The notes below the pieces were generated by a model. The model worked only from the letters and a program-made list of their open reading frames with translations. It was not told the DNA's origin and ran no database searches. A stretch of DNA of 64,000 bases from Kiritimatiellia bacterium (GTDB lineage Bacteria > Verrucomicrobiota > Kiritimatiellia > CAIVKH01), in NCBI GenBank assembly GCA_035327665.1, contig DAOLCW010000003.1, positions 1,216-65,215 of the forward strand, given 5' to 3'. The translations under genes and the position numbers were made by a program. This document shows, piece after piece, positions 10,101 through 20,900 of this stretch; within the stretch, counting starts at the first letter, position 1; each line of letters starts with the position of its first letter.

Positions 10101-12193
10101 TTACCTTCCGGGCGTGGGATCAAACCGGGGTTCAGGGACCGGGAAGTACCGGGGTAAGTACGGTGGTCAATGGGGGAACCACGCCGTTCAGTACTGCGGT
10201 GGCTACCGGACAGATCATTGTGGCCCAGGCATTCGTCAATCAAGCTCCGGTGTTAACGGCGAGCGGACTGATGGCGTTGCCCGACATTATTCAGAACAAT
10301 TTCACCAACACCGGAGCTTCGGTGGCGGCGATCCTCGCGAGCTCGGGAGGCAATCCGATCTCGGACTTCGACAATGATCCTCCGGGTTTGGCCGTGGTTG
10401 GGGCAAGCGGCTTGATCGGGACATGGCAGTATTCGACCACCCAAGGGGCGACCTGGAACAGTTTCTTTGCGGTATCCGACAGTTCAGCGACCCTGCTCGA
10501 CACGAATGCGTTGATCCGGTTCGTTCCAAATGCCAATCAGAACGGTCCGGGAGGAACGCTGGTGGTAAGGGCATGGGACGGCTCGGATGGGTATTTATCA
10601 GGCCAGACGGGCATTGATGCTTCGTCCAACGGGGGCAACACGCCGTTCAGTTCGGCGAACGATACGGTCACCGTGGAGGTCTTGCGCATGTCCGATCTGG
10701 GGATTACCCAGCAGATCATGGGCCCGGTGATTGCCGGAGAGGGGATGATCTACCGCATCACCATTACCAACCGGGGGCCCAACGTGGCGACGAATGTTGT
10801 GGTCAGCGCGAGCCTACCTCCAGAGGTCGAGCCGTCAGATCCTTTTGTGACCAACCTCGTTCAGGTGATCGTGGGCGGCTCTCAGTCGTTCCTGCTGCCG
10901 GTCTTTTTGCCATCGACAGCGGAGGGTGCGCTGACGAGCACGGTAACCGCGGCCTCGGATTACCTCGATGCCGTCCCGGCCGACAACACGAGTGTGCTTG
11001 TCTCGCCGGTCACGTTCAGTGCCGACCTTGCGGTTTCGGTGCGGACGCAGCCCGACCAGGCGCTCTCGGGACTTCCGTGGACGTTTGTGGTGACGGTGAG
11101 CAACCGGGGTCCGAGCGCAGCGACTCAGGTCACGGTGACCAATACCTTGCCTGGGGGTGCGACGTTTGTTTCCACCTCGGCGGGCGGGATTCACAGCAAT
11201 GGCACGGTGTCCCATGTCTTTCCCATGCTGGCTGTGAATGTCGCGACCACGTTCCAGTTCCGGGTGACCACTCCCTCGACCCTGGGAGCTGTGGTGACCA
11301 ATCTAACCCAAGCGCTCGGGTCGGAATTTGATCCGAACACCACCAACAACCTGGTGCAACTGATCCGGACGGTTCGCAACAGCAAGGCGGGTCTGGATGT
11401 GGATGGCGATGGTCGCGCGGATGTGGCGATCTTTAACAACGGGGTGTGGAATTTCCTCGCGAGCCTGGCGGGAGCCTACACCGTCAACTTTGGATTCCCC
11501 GGGGTGATTCCGGTTGCCGGGGATTATGATGGCGATGGCCGCTGGGATATTGGGGTGTTCTTCCCGCCGGAAGGAATGTGGTATCTGTTCCGTTCCAGTC
11601 TTGGGTTTACCACCACCCAGTTCGGGTTTCAAGGGACGGTGCCGGTGCAGGCGGATTACGATGGCGATGGGCGCACCGACATCGCGGTGTTCCATGATGT
11701 GAGTGGAACCTGGTACATCTTCCGTTCGCAGCTTGGCTTCACCACGATTCAGTTCGGGTATCCCGGGGTGGTGCCGGTTCCTGCGGACTACGACGGCGAC
11801 GGGCGCGCGGATACCGCCGTGTACGATGCCAGCCAGGGGCTTTGGTACATCTTCCGTTCGTCGCTTGGATTCTTTACCGACCAGTTCGGTTTCCCGGGCA
11901 CGATCCCGGTTCCTGCAGACTATGACGGCGATGGCCGGGCCGACCTCGCGGTGTATCATCCGCCCACCGGCATGTGGTACATCTTCCGCTCCACCCTTGG
12001 CTTTACCACCGTTCAGTTCGGCTTTGCCGGGACGATTCCCGTACCGGCGGACTATGACGGCGACGGCCGGGCGGATCTTGCCTTGTATGATCCGGCGGAG
12101 GGGCGCTGGTATTTATGGAAATCCACCGAAGGGTTCCAAACCTTCCTGCAGGGAATGCCGGGTGGATTGCCGCTGAAATTCCCTGCCCGATAA
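7130..12193 (+). CDS. giant secreted repeat adhesin: cadherin-like NDAP-delimited modules, DUF11-like domains and a C-terminal FG-GAP/VCBS-type calcium-binding repeat block
   Basis: 1687 aa with a signal-like N-terminus (LALIALIPWGFGLEAGAQ). Contains repeated VNDAPV boundaries, ITNRGPxxATxV DUF11-like segments and DYDGDGRAD repeats. Confidence 0.85.
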   Translation: MFTLSRCFRLALIALIPWGFGLEAGAQTNQAPVITFPAIAMTPEGTPFVFSGLNSVSVADPDVGASNMTMRMRVLPPAAGVLSIATPLPAGVTFINATVNNSNELWLQGGITNINLAISSLVYSNALYTNGTFSVGFAANDLGHNGTGGPQVTVESTSMTVTPVNNAPVIALPPGLTNVIWEDTLLTMPITVTDPDLFDNPGAYEFQVSLSATNGPIVIGPTNGLTFTAGDPLVTTGGVIVVTNATFRGPYSLMTNTLAQVVYLPLLDFNGVDTITIQVNDLGNFGTGGPLSTTVVHVVTVLASNDAPTLDLPDFVNGNEGEEIFLGLGGTVDDVDVGEDPLGELLLTLSVTNGTLTFLSTNGLTFTGGANGTTGVTVTASLEDLNVALGSLVYQGFPNFFGFDTLQVFVSDQGFTGAGGVFTDTGTVAIEVFQVNDAPELDSSVDMTLPNILEDDFTNTGATVAAILATGAGGDPIFDPDPGAVDGIAVFEPDNNGGAWEYSINGGVTWTGFGDIFETGAVLLNPAARIRFVPSPDYNGTNTFLFRAWDQTSGANGDTGADSSINGGSTAFSTNVALARIVVLPVNDAPVFTNLTGIALNNQDENDFNPPGTTISNILENANQPLIDIDGDPVGFAVIGRNNTDGVWEYSTDGGGSFAPIGAVGLASSLLLDEDAVLRFIPNPGWFGFADIVVRGWDLTVGTSGQTGVNAGPGGGTSAFSSMSATVTVEVVDINDAPVLDPTGPFTFTPIGVNDFDNPGDSISNVLAGAGTPITDADVNDSQGIAVIAVDTSFGLWQYSLDGGGLWNVLGPASLDAAVLLPDHALVRFVPSPNFGGSATLEFHAWDRSAGSDGEGGVDVSVNGGSTPFSTNSAIASVSMISSNNAPVLDNSVTFLLTTIAENNVSSPGDEVVFIIASPGGDRITDADVGALEGLAVVEVDDANGVWQYSINGGATWLPFGAVTPASAVLLDTSDFIRFVPDPGFFGQATFTFRAWDQTGVQGPGSTGVSTVVNGGTTPFSTAVATGQIIVAQAFVNQAPVLTASGLMALPDIIQNNFTNTGASVAAILASSGGNPISDFDNDPPGLAVVGASGLIGTWQYSTTQGATWNSFFAVSDSSATLLDTNALIRFVPNANQNGPGGTLVVRAWDGSDGYLSGQTGIDASSNGGNTPFSSANDTVTVEVLRMSDLGITQQIMGPVIAGEGMIYRITITNRGPNVATNVVVSASLPPEVEPSDPFVTNLVQVIVGGSQSFLLPVFLPSTAEGALTSTVTAASDYLDAVPADNTSVLVSPVTFSADLAVSVRTQPDQALSGLPWTFVVTVSNRGPSAATQVTVTNTLPGGATFVSTSAGGIHSNGTVSHVFPMLAVNVATTFQFRVTTPSTLGAVVTNLTQALGSEFDPNTTNNLVQLIRTVRNSKAGLDVDGDGRADVAIFNNGVWNFLASLAGAYTVNFGFPGVIPVAGDYDGDGRWDIGVFFPPEGMWYLFRSSLGFTTTQFGFQGTVPVQADYDGDGRTDIAVFHDVSGTWYIFRSQLGFTTIQFGYPGVVPVPADYDGDGRADTAVYDASQGLWYIFRSSLGFFTDQFGFPGTIPVPADYDGDGRADLAVYHPPTGMWYIFRSTLGFTTVQFGFAGTIPVPADYDGDGRADLALYDPAEGRWYLWKSTEGFQTFLQGMPGGLPLKFPAR
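7211..8431 (+). repeat. three ~135-140 aa type-1 modules of the adhesin
   Basis: Module boundaries are N(Q/N/D)AP motifs at about 7211, 7619 and 8039, spaced 408, 420 and 393 nt. Each ends in a ...GxGG...V.V motif. Confidence 0.6.
8432..10690 (+). repeat. five tandem ~150 aa (~450 bp) type-2 modules of the adhesin
   Basis: (V/I/N)N(D/N/Q)APV boundaries at about 8432, 8885, 9329, 9779 and 10235. Each module carries G(V/L/T)W(E/Q)YS..GG..W and (I/V)RFVP.P...G....F.AWD motifs. Confidence 0.8.
11392..12190 (+). repeat. six tandem 44-aa (~132 bp) DxDGDGR...WY(I/L)FRS..GF repeats (FG-GAP/VCBS-like, probable beta-propeller blades)
   Basis: D(V/Y)DGDGR motifs at about 11398, 11521, 11653, 11787, 11919 and 12049. 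Blades 3-5 are also very similar at DNA level. Confidence 0.8.
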
Positions 12194-12214
12194 CGTTTGA
12201 AAAGAGGATTGAAG

Positions 12215-13018
12215 ATGACGATGACGATGGATTGCCGAAAAGCCTTTGCCGGGTTGGTTGTTGCCTTGATGTTGATCCCTTCGGATGGTCAGGCCTGGTT
12301 TGGCCGGAACCGGGAACCGGCGGGGGAGGAAACGACGGGACATGCCGTGCCGGTTAAGGCGGGTCAAGGTCCGGGAGCGATTACGGTTCAGGAAGAGGGG
12401 CAACCCGCGCTTCGCTTCGTGACCCGGGCCCACATGCGGATGGAAAGCGAAGAAGCGGAAGCGGAATTTATGCAGTTTGCAATGGCCCGGAGCCGGGCGA
12501 CCGAGGACCTGACGGTGATTTCCCGGTTGATCGAGGAAAAGCAGCTTGAAGTGGCCCGGTTTAATGCATCACTCCGGGACGAGTTTGCCATCAACCCCGA
12601 TGAGAATTATCAGTTCGACGAAGATTCCGGCACGATCTATCAATTGGTGGCCCGGCAGGCCCTCACCGAAAACACCATGGTGTCAGCGACCCCGGAAGCG
12701 ATCGAGGAGCTTTTCGAGAAGAATGTTTTTATGACGGTGGCGAATCCCGAGGAGCGGGAGCGGTTCATCCGGTTGGTTGCCGCCCGCCAGTTGTCCACCG
12801 AGCAGATCCGGGTGTTGAGCCTGCTTGAGCAGGAAAAGGAAATGGAACTTGCGATTCTCCAGCAGGTGATTTCCGAGCGGTACTCGGTATCCATGGATCG
12901 CGATTATCGCTACGACCCCGATACCCGCACACTTTTTGAACTGATTCCCGTGCCCGCAGGGTTTGACCGTGCAGGTGAAGGAACCACGCCGGGAGCTTCA
13001 CAACCACAAGGACAATAA
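12215..13018 (+). CDS. hypothetical secreted protein with an internal ~60-aa duplication
   Basis: I prefer ATG 12215, preceded by AAGAGGA, over the track start TTG 12197. Signal-like FAGLVVALMLIPSDGQA. Two homologous segments: FMQFAMARSRATEDL...YQFDEDSGTIYQLV and FIRLVAARQLSTEQI...YRYDPDTRTLFELI. Confidence 0.6.
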   Translation: MTMTMDCRKAFAGLVVALMLIPSDGQAWFGRNREPAGEETTGHAVPVKAGQGPGAITVQEEGQPALRFVTRAHMRMESEEAEAEFMQFAMARSRATEDLTVISRLIEEKQLEVARFNASLRDEFAINPDENYQFDEDSGTIYQLVARQALTENTMVSATPEAIEELFEKNVFMTVANPEERERFIRLVAARQLSTEQIRVLSLLEQEKEMELAILQQVISERYSVSMDRDYRYDPDTRTLFELIPVPAGFDRAGEGTTPGASQPQGQ

Positions 13019-13023
13019 CATCC

Positions 13024-14931
13024 ATGGAACGCACGCTTTACAGGAAACGTTTGATCATGCTGGTCCTGGCCGGCTTGATGGTGGTGGGATCTACTCCCCA
13101 AGGGTGGGCGGATGCGGCCAGTACGGCGCGGGGACGGGCTCAGTCTGAACTCCGCCGGGTCGAATCCGATACGGTTGACCGGACGACCTCGACGGTGCCT
13201 CGTCGTTCGCGGCCCGACCGGGATCTTGAGGACGTCTTGCCCGCCGAAGCGAAGCCAATCACGGACGAGGCAACAGATGGCGAACCCAAGCCGGCCCCCC
13301 GGCGTACTCCGGTGAGAGAGCGGGAGATTGTTTCGGTTGATATCTCGGGTGATGCGGCCTTGCTTGAGGAAACCGGGTTGAGGGAAGGGTTGGAGCAGAC
13401 CCTGATTGGCCAGGCGCTAAGCGCGGAGGAAATCGCAGCGGTCATCGCGGGAGTGAACGATGCCCTGGTTGATCGCGGCTTTTATCTTGCTGAACTCACC
13501 GCAGAGGGCCGGATGCCGCCCCGGGACGGAGTGGTTAAACTTCGGGTGGATGGCGGACGTTTTGGAGAGGTGGCGATCTTGCAGCGCGGGACCGAGGATG
13601 GAACGCCCTATCGCGGTCGCTTTTATCGTCCGGAACAGATCCAGCGCAGGCTGGATTCCGTTCAACCCGGGGAGTTTTTCGACTATTCCGCCCTGTATCA
13701 GGGGTTCTACCTGTTGAACGCCCATCCCGACCTTACCGCCGATGTCGACCTCCGCCTTCGCCGGGATGCGGCGACGGGAGGACGGATTGCCGACGTTGAT
13801 GTTTACGTCAAGGACCGCCTTCCGCTGCATGGCGTGGTGGAAATTCGCAACGACGGCACCGACGTGACCGACGAGTGGCAAGGGGCGCTTACCCTTCAAT
13901 ATCTTAATTTGACCAAGCGCGACGACGTCTTGACCTTGAATGTACCGGTCGCGCTGGACTTTGAGTCGATCCGGTCGGTGTCCGCGGGTTATTACTTACC
14001 GCACGATCTAAAAAAAGGCGGGAGTTTTTCTTTGTTCGGCGGTTATTCCGAACTCAGCAATGAGGACATTGTTCCCAGCGTCGGGCTCGAGGGCGATGGC
14101 TGGTTTGTCGGGATCATGTACGCGCAAACGCTGATCGCCAATCCCCGCTACAGCGTGGAGGGATCGATCGGCATCAGTCACAATTCGTTGAAGGATGCCT
14201 TGATCATCAATCAGGTGGCTCAGGAGGAGCGTGAAGTGAAAACCACCCCGGTCACCCTTGGCTTGAATTGGCGGCAGCATCAACCCGATCCGTGGAGCGG
14301 GTTCAACAGCGCCTACATCAGCCTCACCCTTCATTCCTCCAGTTTCCCGGGCGCCTCAGACGATGAGGAGTTTGACTTGCAGCGAGAGAACGCGAAGGCG
14401 GATTATGCCATCGCCCGGGTCGGGGTGAACCGGCTTCAGCCGCTTTCCCCGAACCTTCATCAGCCGGAATCGGAATGGACGGTGTTTGCCAAACTTGAAG
14501 GGCAGATTTCCTCGGAACCGCTTATTCCATCCGAACAGAAGGGGATTGGCGGGGCCAGCACGGTGCGCGGGTATACCGAGCGGGAATTTCTTGGCGACCA
14601 CGGGGTGAATGGAACCCTTGAACTGCGGACGCCGATTTACCGGGGCAATGTCCTGCCCAACCTGTTTTCGCGGGGCGGGGCGGATCCGGAGCGTAGCGGA
14701 ACCTTTGAGGGGATTCAGTTCGTGACCTTCCTCGATGCCGCGTACGTGGCGCTCGAGGACAACCTTGCCGGGGAGAATGCGAGCCACAATCTGATCAGCG
14801 CGGGGCTGGGTTTTCGCATTTCCCTCGGCAGCCATTTTCAAGTGAAAGCCGACTGGGGCTTTCCATTGCGTGAAACCGAAGATTCGGAGTCCAGTGGACG
14901 CGGGCACATCAGCGCCCAGATTTTGTTTTAA
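13024..14931 (+). CDS. two-partner secretion outer-membrane transporter (TpsB; ShlB/FhaC/HecB family)
   Basis: 635 aa with a signal peptide and a low-complexity linker. POTRA-like region (VVKLRVDGGRFGEV), then a beta-barrel ending ...GHISAQILF. Lies immediately upstream of a TPS-domain exoprotein. Confidence 0.85.
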   Translation: MERTLYRKRLIMLVLAGLMVVGSTPQGWADAASTARGRAQSELRRVESDTVDRTTSTVPRRSRPDRDLEDVLPAEAKPITDEATDGEPKPAPRRTPVREREIVSVDISGDAALLEETGLREGLEQTLIGQALSAEEIAAVIAGVNDALVDRGFYLAELTAEGRMPPRDGVVKLRVDGGRFGEVAILQRGTEDGTPYRGRFYRPEQIQRRLDSVQPGEFFDYSALYQGFYLLNAHPDLTADVDLRLRRDAATGGRIADVDVYVKDRLPLHGVVEIRNDGTDVTDEWQGALTLQYLNLTKRDDVLTLNVPVALDFESIRSVSAGYYLPHDLKKGGSFSLFGGYSELSNEDIVPSVGLEGDGWFVGIMYAQTLIANPRYSVEGSIGISHNSLKDALIINQVAQEEREVKTTPVTLGLNWRQHQPDPWSGFNSAYISLTLHSSSFPGASDDEEFDLQRENAKADYAIARVGVNRLQPLSPNLHQPESEWTVFAKLEGQISSEPLIPSEQKGIGGASTVRGYTEREFLGDHGVNGTLELRTPIYRGNVLPNLFSRGGADPERSGTFEGIQFVTFLDAAYVALEDNLAGENASHNLISAGLGFRISLGSHFQVKADWGFPLRETEDSESSGRGHISAQILF

Positions 14932-14945
14932 AGGGAAGAGGAGCG

Positions 14946-17900
14946 ATGGTTATGACAGCTAGGATACAACGTAGATGGTCGAGGGTGACCCATGCCCTCA
15001 CCCCGTTTCTGTGCGCCGGGATGCTGCTTTTGCAGGTGTTGCCCGCGCTCGCTCTGCCTCAGGGCGGAAATGTCACTCACGGTCAAGCCACGATCCGGCA
15101 ATTCGGGGACCGGATGGTGGTGATCCAGCGCACCCCCAATGCGGTCATCAATTACAACAGCTTCAACATCGGTGGACATGAGACGGTTCGATTCATCCAG
15201 CCCGGCCCCAACGCGGCGGTGCTCAACCGGGTCACCGGGGGCGGGCGAAGCACGATTGCGGGAAGCCTCCTTGCCAACGGGCATGTTTACCTCATCAATC
15301 CGAATGGCATTCTGTTCAGTTCCTCGGCCCGGGTGAATGTCGGCGGTCTGGTTGCTTCCGGTCTCGGGATGTCCGACCGTGACTTTCTCTCCCGGAACAT
15401 GCGTTTTTCCGGGGGCGGGGGCGAAGTCATCAATCACGGGTCGATCAATGCCGGTGGCATGGCCTACCTGGTTGGGCGGAACGTGGAGAATCATGGGTCG
15501 ATCCGGGCGCGTGATGTGGTTCTGGCGGCAGGTGCGGAGTCGGTGGTGATCGACCGGGCCTTCGACGGCAAAATCCGGATCACGGTGGATGGCGTCGAAC
15601 AGCCGGAGGACGGCAATTTCAATTTCGATGTCGAATGGAAGGAAGGGGCTCCCATTTCATCCATTGAAAACCGGTTACACCCGGAATGGAACCTCGTGGA
15701 TGATGAAGACGAGGAGTTCAATGCCGGGGAGGAGCTGGTGCTGGTTCCGATTTTTACCAACGGGCTGGTGTTTAATTTTGGCCACATTACGGTGCCCGGG
15801 GACGACAAGGGCCAGATCAACTTGCGGGGGGTGCGGGTGGCCCAACTGGGTACGGTCCAGGCGGACGGAGAGTTTTTCGGGGGAGGGGATGTCGGGGTCT
15901 TCGGAAACGAATTGGTGATCATCGGACGGGGCAGCCATACCAGCGCCAACGCGGGGTTGAACGGGGACGGCGGCGAGATGCTGCTGATTGCCCGGGGGTT
16001 CCTGGGCATTGAAGAAGAGGCCTACATGGGGGTGCGTGGCGGTTCACTCAGCGGGAACGGTGGCTTTGTGGAAACCAGCGGCCACGAGGGTATCCTCCTG
16101 CTTTCCAATCCTGATGCCCACGCGCCGCATGGCGTCAACGGCCACTGGCTGATCGATCCACCGAACTTCGTGATCGACAACAAGGGCGACCGGCGCAAGT
16201 GCAACTTTCTCGGCTTCAACTGCAAACTTCCGATCAAGTGGGATGAAGACCTCATGGCGGTGGTGCCCACCCAGAGCACCGGCTACATGGATGTGAGCGA
16301 TCTGCGGAAATACCTTGGCGAATATGGGGCGATGTCGATCCGGACCAGCGGATTGTCCGGCAGCAACCGGGGGGATATCTCCCTGCGCAACAACTTGAAT
16401 TACAACTCGCTTGGCAACAGTCATGGTTTGCTGGTGTTCAACGCAGGCGGGGTGATTTTCCTTAATGGGTCCATTACCAGCAGCGATGCCAATTCGTCGT
16501 TGTCGGTCATCATGTTGGCAGGGATGCAGATTCAGGTGAATAGCACCCTCAACACCCAGGGTGGAGATGTCTTGTTCGTTTCCGGGACCAACAGTTCCTC
16601 CGGTACGATTTTTGTGGATGCGCCGATCAGCACGGGCGGTGGCCATGTCACCATGCTCAGCCAAAGCGCCTCGATTTTAATTAACAGCAGCTTGAACGCA
16701 GGGAATGGACAGGTGTTTCTGAGCGCCCCCGGCACGGTTCGGATTGGCTCGACGTTTAATGCGGGCCGGCTCTCTGCGATCGGGAGCAATGTGGAAATCA
16801 CCGGCACCGGAAATGCCACCATTAACAATGACGCCATGCTCATTGCCCAGGCCGGCCAGTTCCGGGTGAATTCGGGTGGACGCTTGACCTCTACCGGCGG
16901 AGACATCCTCATCAGCGCCTCCGGAGATGCCAACATTACCGGGATTTCCGCCCCGGTTGGGAATGTGATCATCGCGGCCCGCAACATCCGGGACAGCGGG
17001 GATGTGCATACCGATCTTCGTGCAACGTATGCCATGCTGATTGCCACCAATGGCATCATCGGAGGAAGCAACCCCCTTGAGACCGACATCGCCTTTCTTT
17101 CCGGCTATGCGGGTGGCGGCCAGTTTTCCGTGCGCCAGGTTGCCTCGACCCAACTCCAGGTCCAGCGAGCCACCACGACCTTTATCAATCCCGCCGGCAG
17201 TATCGATGGGTTTGATAGCAATTACCGGGCGACCTTGAGCCCGATCAGCACAAATATCCCCGGGGTAATTACCGGTGTTCTGGCCGCGGGAACCGGCTAC
17301 ATCGACCTTAACAACACCATCGGTGGAATTAACGTGTCCGATCCGGTCATCCATACCGGTAACGGTGCGGTTCTCCTCACCGCGCTTAATGCGGGAGCCA
17401 ACATTGCCATCGCCGACACGGTGGCATCCCAGAACAGCTATGTAAGCATCCGGGCGGGCGGCAACGTATCCCAGTCCTCGGCCATTGCCGCCTTGAATAG
17501 CTACGTGAATGTGGATGCCGGCGGAAACATCATCATGGCCAATATCACCAATGCCCTTACCGCCTCAGGTTTTGGAAACATCCGGTACCGGGCGGGAAAT
17601 AATGCCACGCTTCAAACCCTGATTACCAGCAACGGCAGCATTTACGTGAACAGTGGCAACAACGTGATTCAAAACGGGATTTTGTACACCATGGCCGGTG
17701 GTTCGGTGTTTGTGGAGTCCGGCGGCTCGATTACTATGGATGCGGAGGCCCTGGCCATCGTCGGAGCCAACCGCAACATCCGCTATGACGCAGGGGGCAA
17801 CGTAACGATCGGCAGTTTGATCGCGACCCAGGGCATCGTCGAGGTGTTTTCCGGCAGCGGCTCGATCCTGAGCGGTGGAACCAATTATCCGGAAGTCATC

Positions 17901-20900
17901 GCGCAACAAGCTAAATTCGTGGCCCCCGGGGGAGGCGTGGGTACGCTGGGACCCGGCGCGACCCCGTTGATCGTTTCCGCCACCAATGTCGCCGCCCTCG
18001 GCGGTTCAGGGGGGATCAACCTCATTGTTGGTGGTCCGGTCTCGATTGGCAGCGTCGGACCCGCGAATGTGAACCGGGTCAATGCCTCCGGTTCGGCTCT
18101 GGTCACGTCCTGGGGAACCCTCGCCGGTTATACCACCATCAACAACGGTTCCATCGTCCATATCGGCGATGGCACGACCCGGGTCCGCGAGCAGGTGGTT
18201 GCCGTGGGCACCGGCAACATCGCGATCCTCGGCGCTCCCACCAACAACAACGACTTGATTATCATGAACCGGATCAACTCGGATCTGGGCTCCACCGCCT
18301 TGATTGCGGGCCGGAACCTCACCCAAATCGCGGGTACGCTGGTCGAATCGACGGGCGGCCACATCACCATGGGAGCACCCAACGGAATTCTGGTGCAAGC
18401 CAACACCGCCCGGACGATCAGCCGGGGTGGAGACATCGTGATGTTTGCCCAGACGAATATCTTTCTGTCCAGCGCCAGTTCCGGCACCGGCACGATTACC
18501 ATGCTGTCGCTAACCGGAAGCATCTTCGATTTTGGCGATGCTCACCTTGATGCCCAGGGCGCGGCGATTCAGTTCCTCGCTCCCAACGGCACGGCGGGGA
18601 CGTCGATCAATCCCTTCGAGACCGGGGTGGACCGGGTTGCCGCCTTTACCGGAGACGGCGGATTGTACCTCCAAAACAATGGGAACCTCGCGGTGGGCCC
18701 GGTTGGACCGGTGCCCTTGCGCATCGTCGATGGTGAAGGGGCCTTGGTGGTGGCGACCAACATCGCCCAGGTTCCCGGGGTCATCGTGTCCAATGGCGCC
18801 GTCAATGTCAGCACCATCAACGGACGGATCAATGTTGACGGACCGATCTACAACCTCGAGCAGGGAAACATCACCCTCACCGCCGGAGGCTTCCTCGGCG
18901 ACATCAATGTCAGCAATAACATTCTTGCCGTGGACGGCAACGTAAGGTTGACCGCCCTCTACAACATCACCCAGGTTTCCAACATTTTCGCAGCGGGCGA
19001 CGGGTACATCGTGGTCGATGCATTAAACGGGTCCATCACCATGAGTCCGGCCACCACCGCCCTTACCTTCACTGCGAACGGCAACATCCTCTACAAGGCC
19101 GACCAGAATGCCTCGATTGCCAACCTGATCAGTTCGAACGGGAATATCACCGTGCAAGCGCGCCAGCAAATCACCCTTCATTCCAATATCTTCAACCTGG
19201 TTGAAGGGACCATTGACATCCTTTCCACGCTTGGATCGGTGAGCATGGCCGATGGTGCCCTTGCGTTCGCCAACGACGGCAACATCCGGGTTCAGGCCCG
19301 CAACAACGTCACCGTGGGCAGTCTGATCTCCACCCAGGGCAATGTGGCGGTCATCGCTCAATTCGGGTCGATCCTCGATGGCGGGGAATCGTTGCCGGAC
19401 ATCATCGCCCAGCAGGCCCTGCTCAGCGCGGTCCAGGGAGGGATCGGAACGCTTGGGCCCGGGGCCAATGCGCTTGAAATTTCCGTGACCAATCTCGCCG
19501 CGGTTGCCGGAGGCGGTGGCATGCACATCGTGAATGTGGGGCATGTCGTCATTACCGATGTCGGACCGGTTCCCGTGGAGCGCGTGGCGACCACCGGGCT
19601 TTCCAGTCCGGTCGGGGGGAGTCCCAGCCTATCCGGTCTTACCACCTCGTCGGATGGCACGATTTCATTGACCTCGCTGGGTTCGATCACCGTGGACCGT
19701 CCCGTCGATGCCGATGGTACCGGCGGAATTTTCCTCGCCACCGTGACCGGTGAGGTCAGCGGGGTGACCTATGACATCGTGCCCATACTTATCAACACCA
19801 ATGTCCAATCCGGCTCCGGGGACATTTCGATTGTGTCCGGCGGCGACATCGAGCAACGCCGGCACGGCAATGTCCTCACCGGGGGCGGGGATATCGCTGC
19901 GGTTGCGCTGCAGGGCGCCATCCTCCAGACCGACGGTGTGCGGACCGAAACCACCGGGGGAACCATTGCCAATGTCGCCCGCGATAACGTCGTCCTCTCC
20001 AGCCTCCATGCCCATTCCGGGGATGTTGTCGCGATTTCCCTCGAGGCGGACCTCATCGATGGTGGAGATCTCCTCACCGACATTATTGGAAGCCAACTTT
20101 TTGTCGCCACCCTCGACGGGCGGGTCGGCTCCGCCACCAACCGGATTGAAACCGATATCGACGCCCTGGCCGGCTATGCGGCAAATGGCGGCATCTTTAT
20201 CCTCGAAGACGATGACCTTGTGATTGGCATGGCCAATCCCCTCGACATCGACATCATCCTTAATGACGCCGGAGTTCTTGCCACCAACATCCCGATTGTC
20301 GACGGCCTGTTCAGCACCAATGGCAGCATCCTTGTTGACACGATTGTCGGGTCCATCGATGTGCAAGGCACGGTGGGGGTTCTCACCGAGGAAAGCCTCC
20401 GCCTCAGCGCCAACGGCGGGGGCAGCGACTTGTCGATCAACGGGATTGTTTATGCGGCAGGGGGTCCGGTTTCCCTCCTCGGAGCGAACCATGTCCTCAT
20501 CAATACCGTGGTGGTCAGCGAGGTCAACGGCACCATCGATGTCGAGGCGTTTGCCGGTTCCATTCTAATGAGCGATGATGCCATCGTCATTTCCGGGGAA
20601 CGAGATGTGCGGATGACCGCGTTGGGCGATGTCGTTCTTGGTTCGGTCATCGCAACCCAGGGTGCAGTCCGCATTGAGGCCACCCTCGGCTCCATCCTCG
20701 ATGGCGGCGACACCTATCCCGAGATCCTCGCCGCCGAGGCCCAGTTGGTCGCGACGAATGCGGGAATCGGCGTGTTGGGGGCCGGGGTGGCTGATGGCCT
20801 CGAAACCGGCATCGGACGTCTTGCCGCGCTTGCCGGCGCCGGCGGGATCAACCTTGCCAACGGCGGCAATCTCGAAATCGGAACAGTCAACCAAGTCGCG

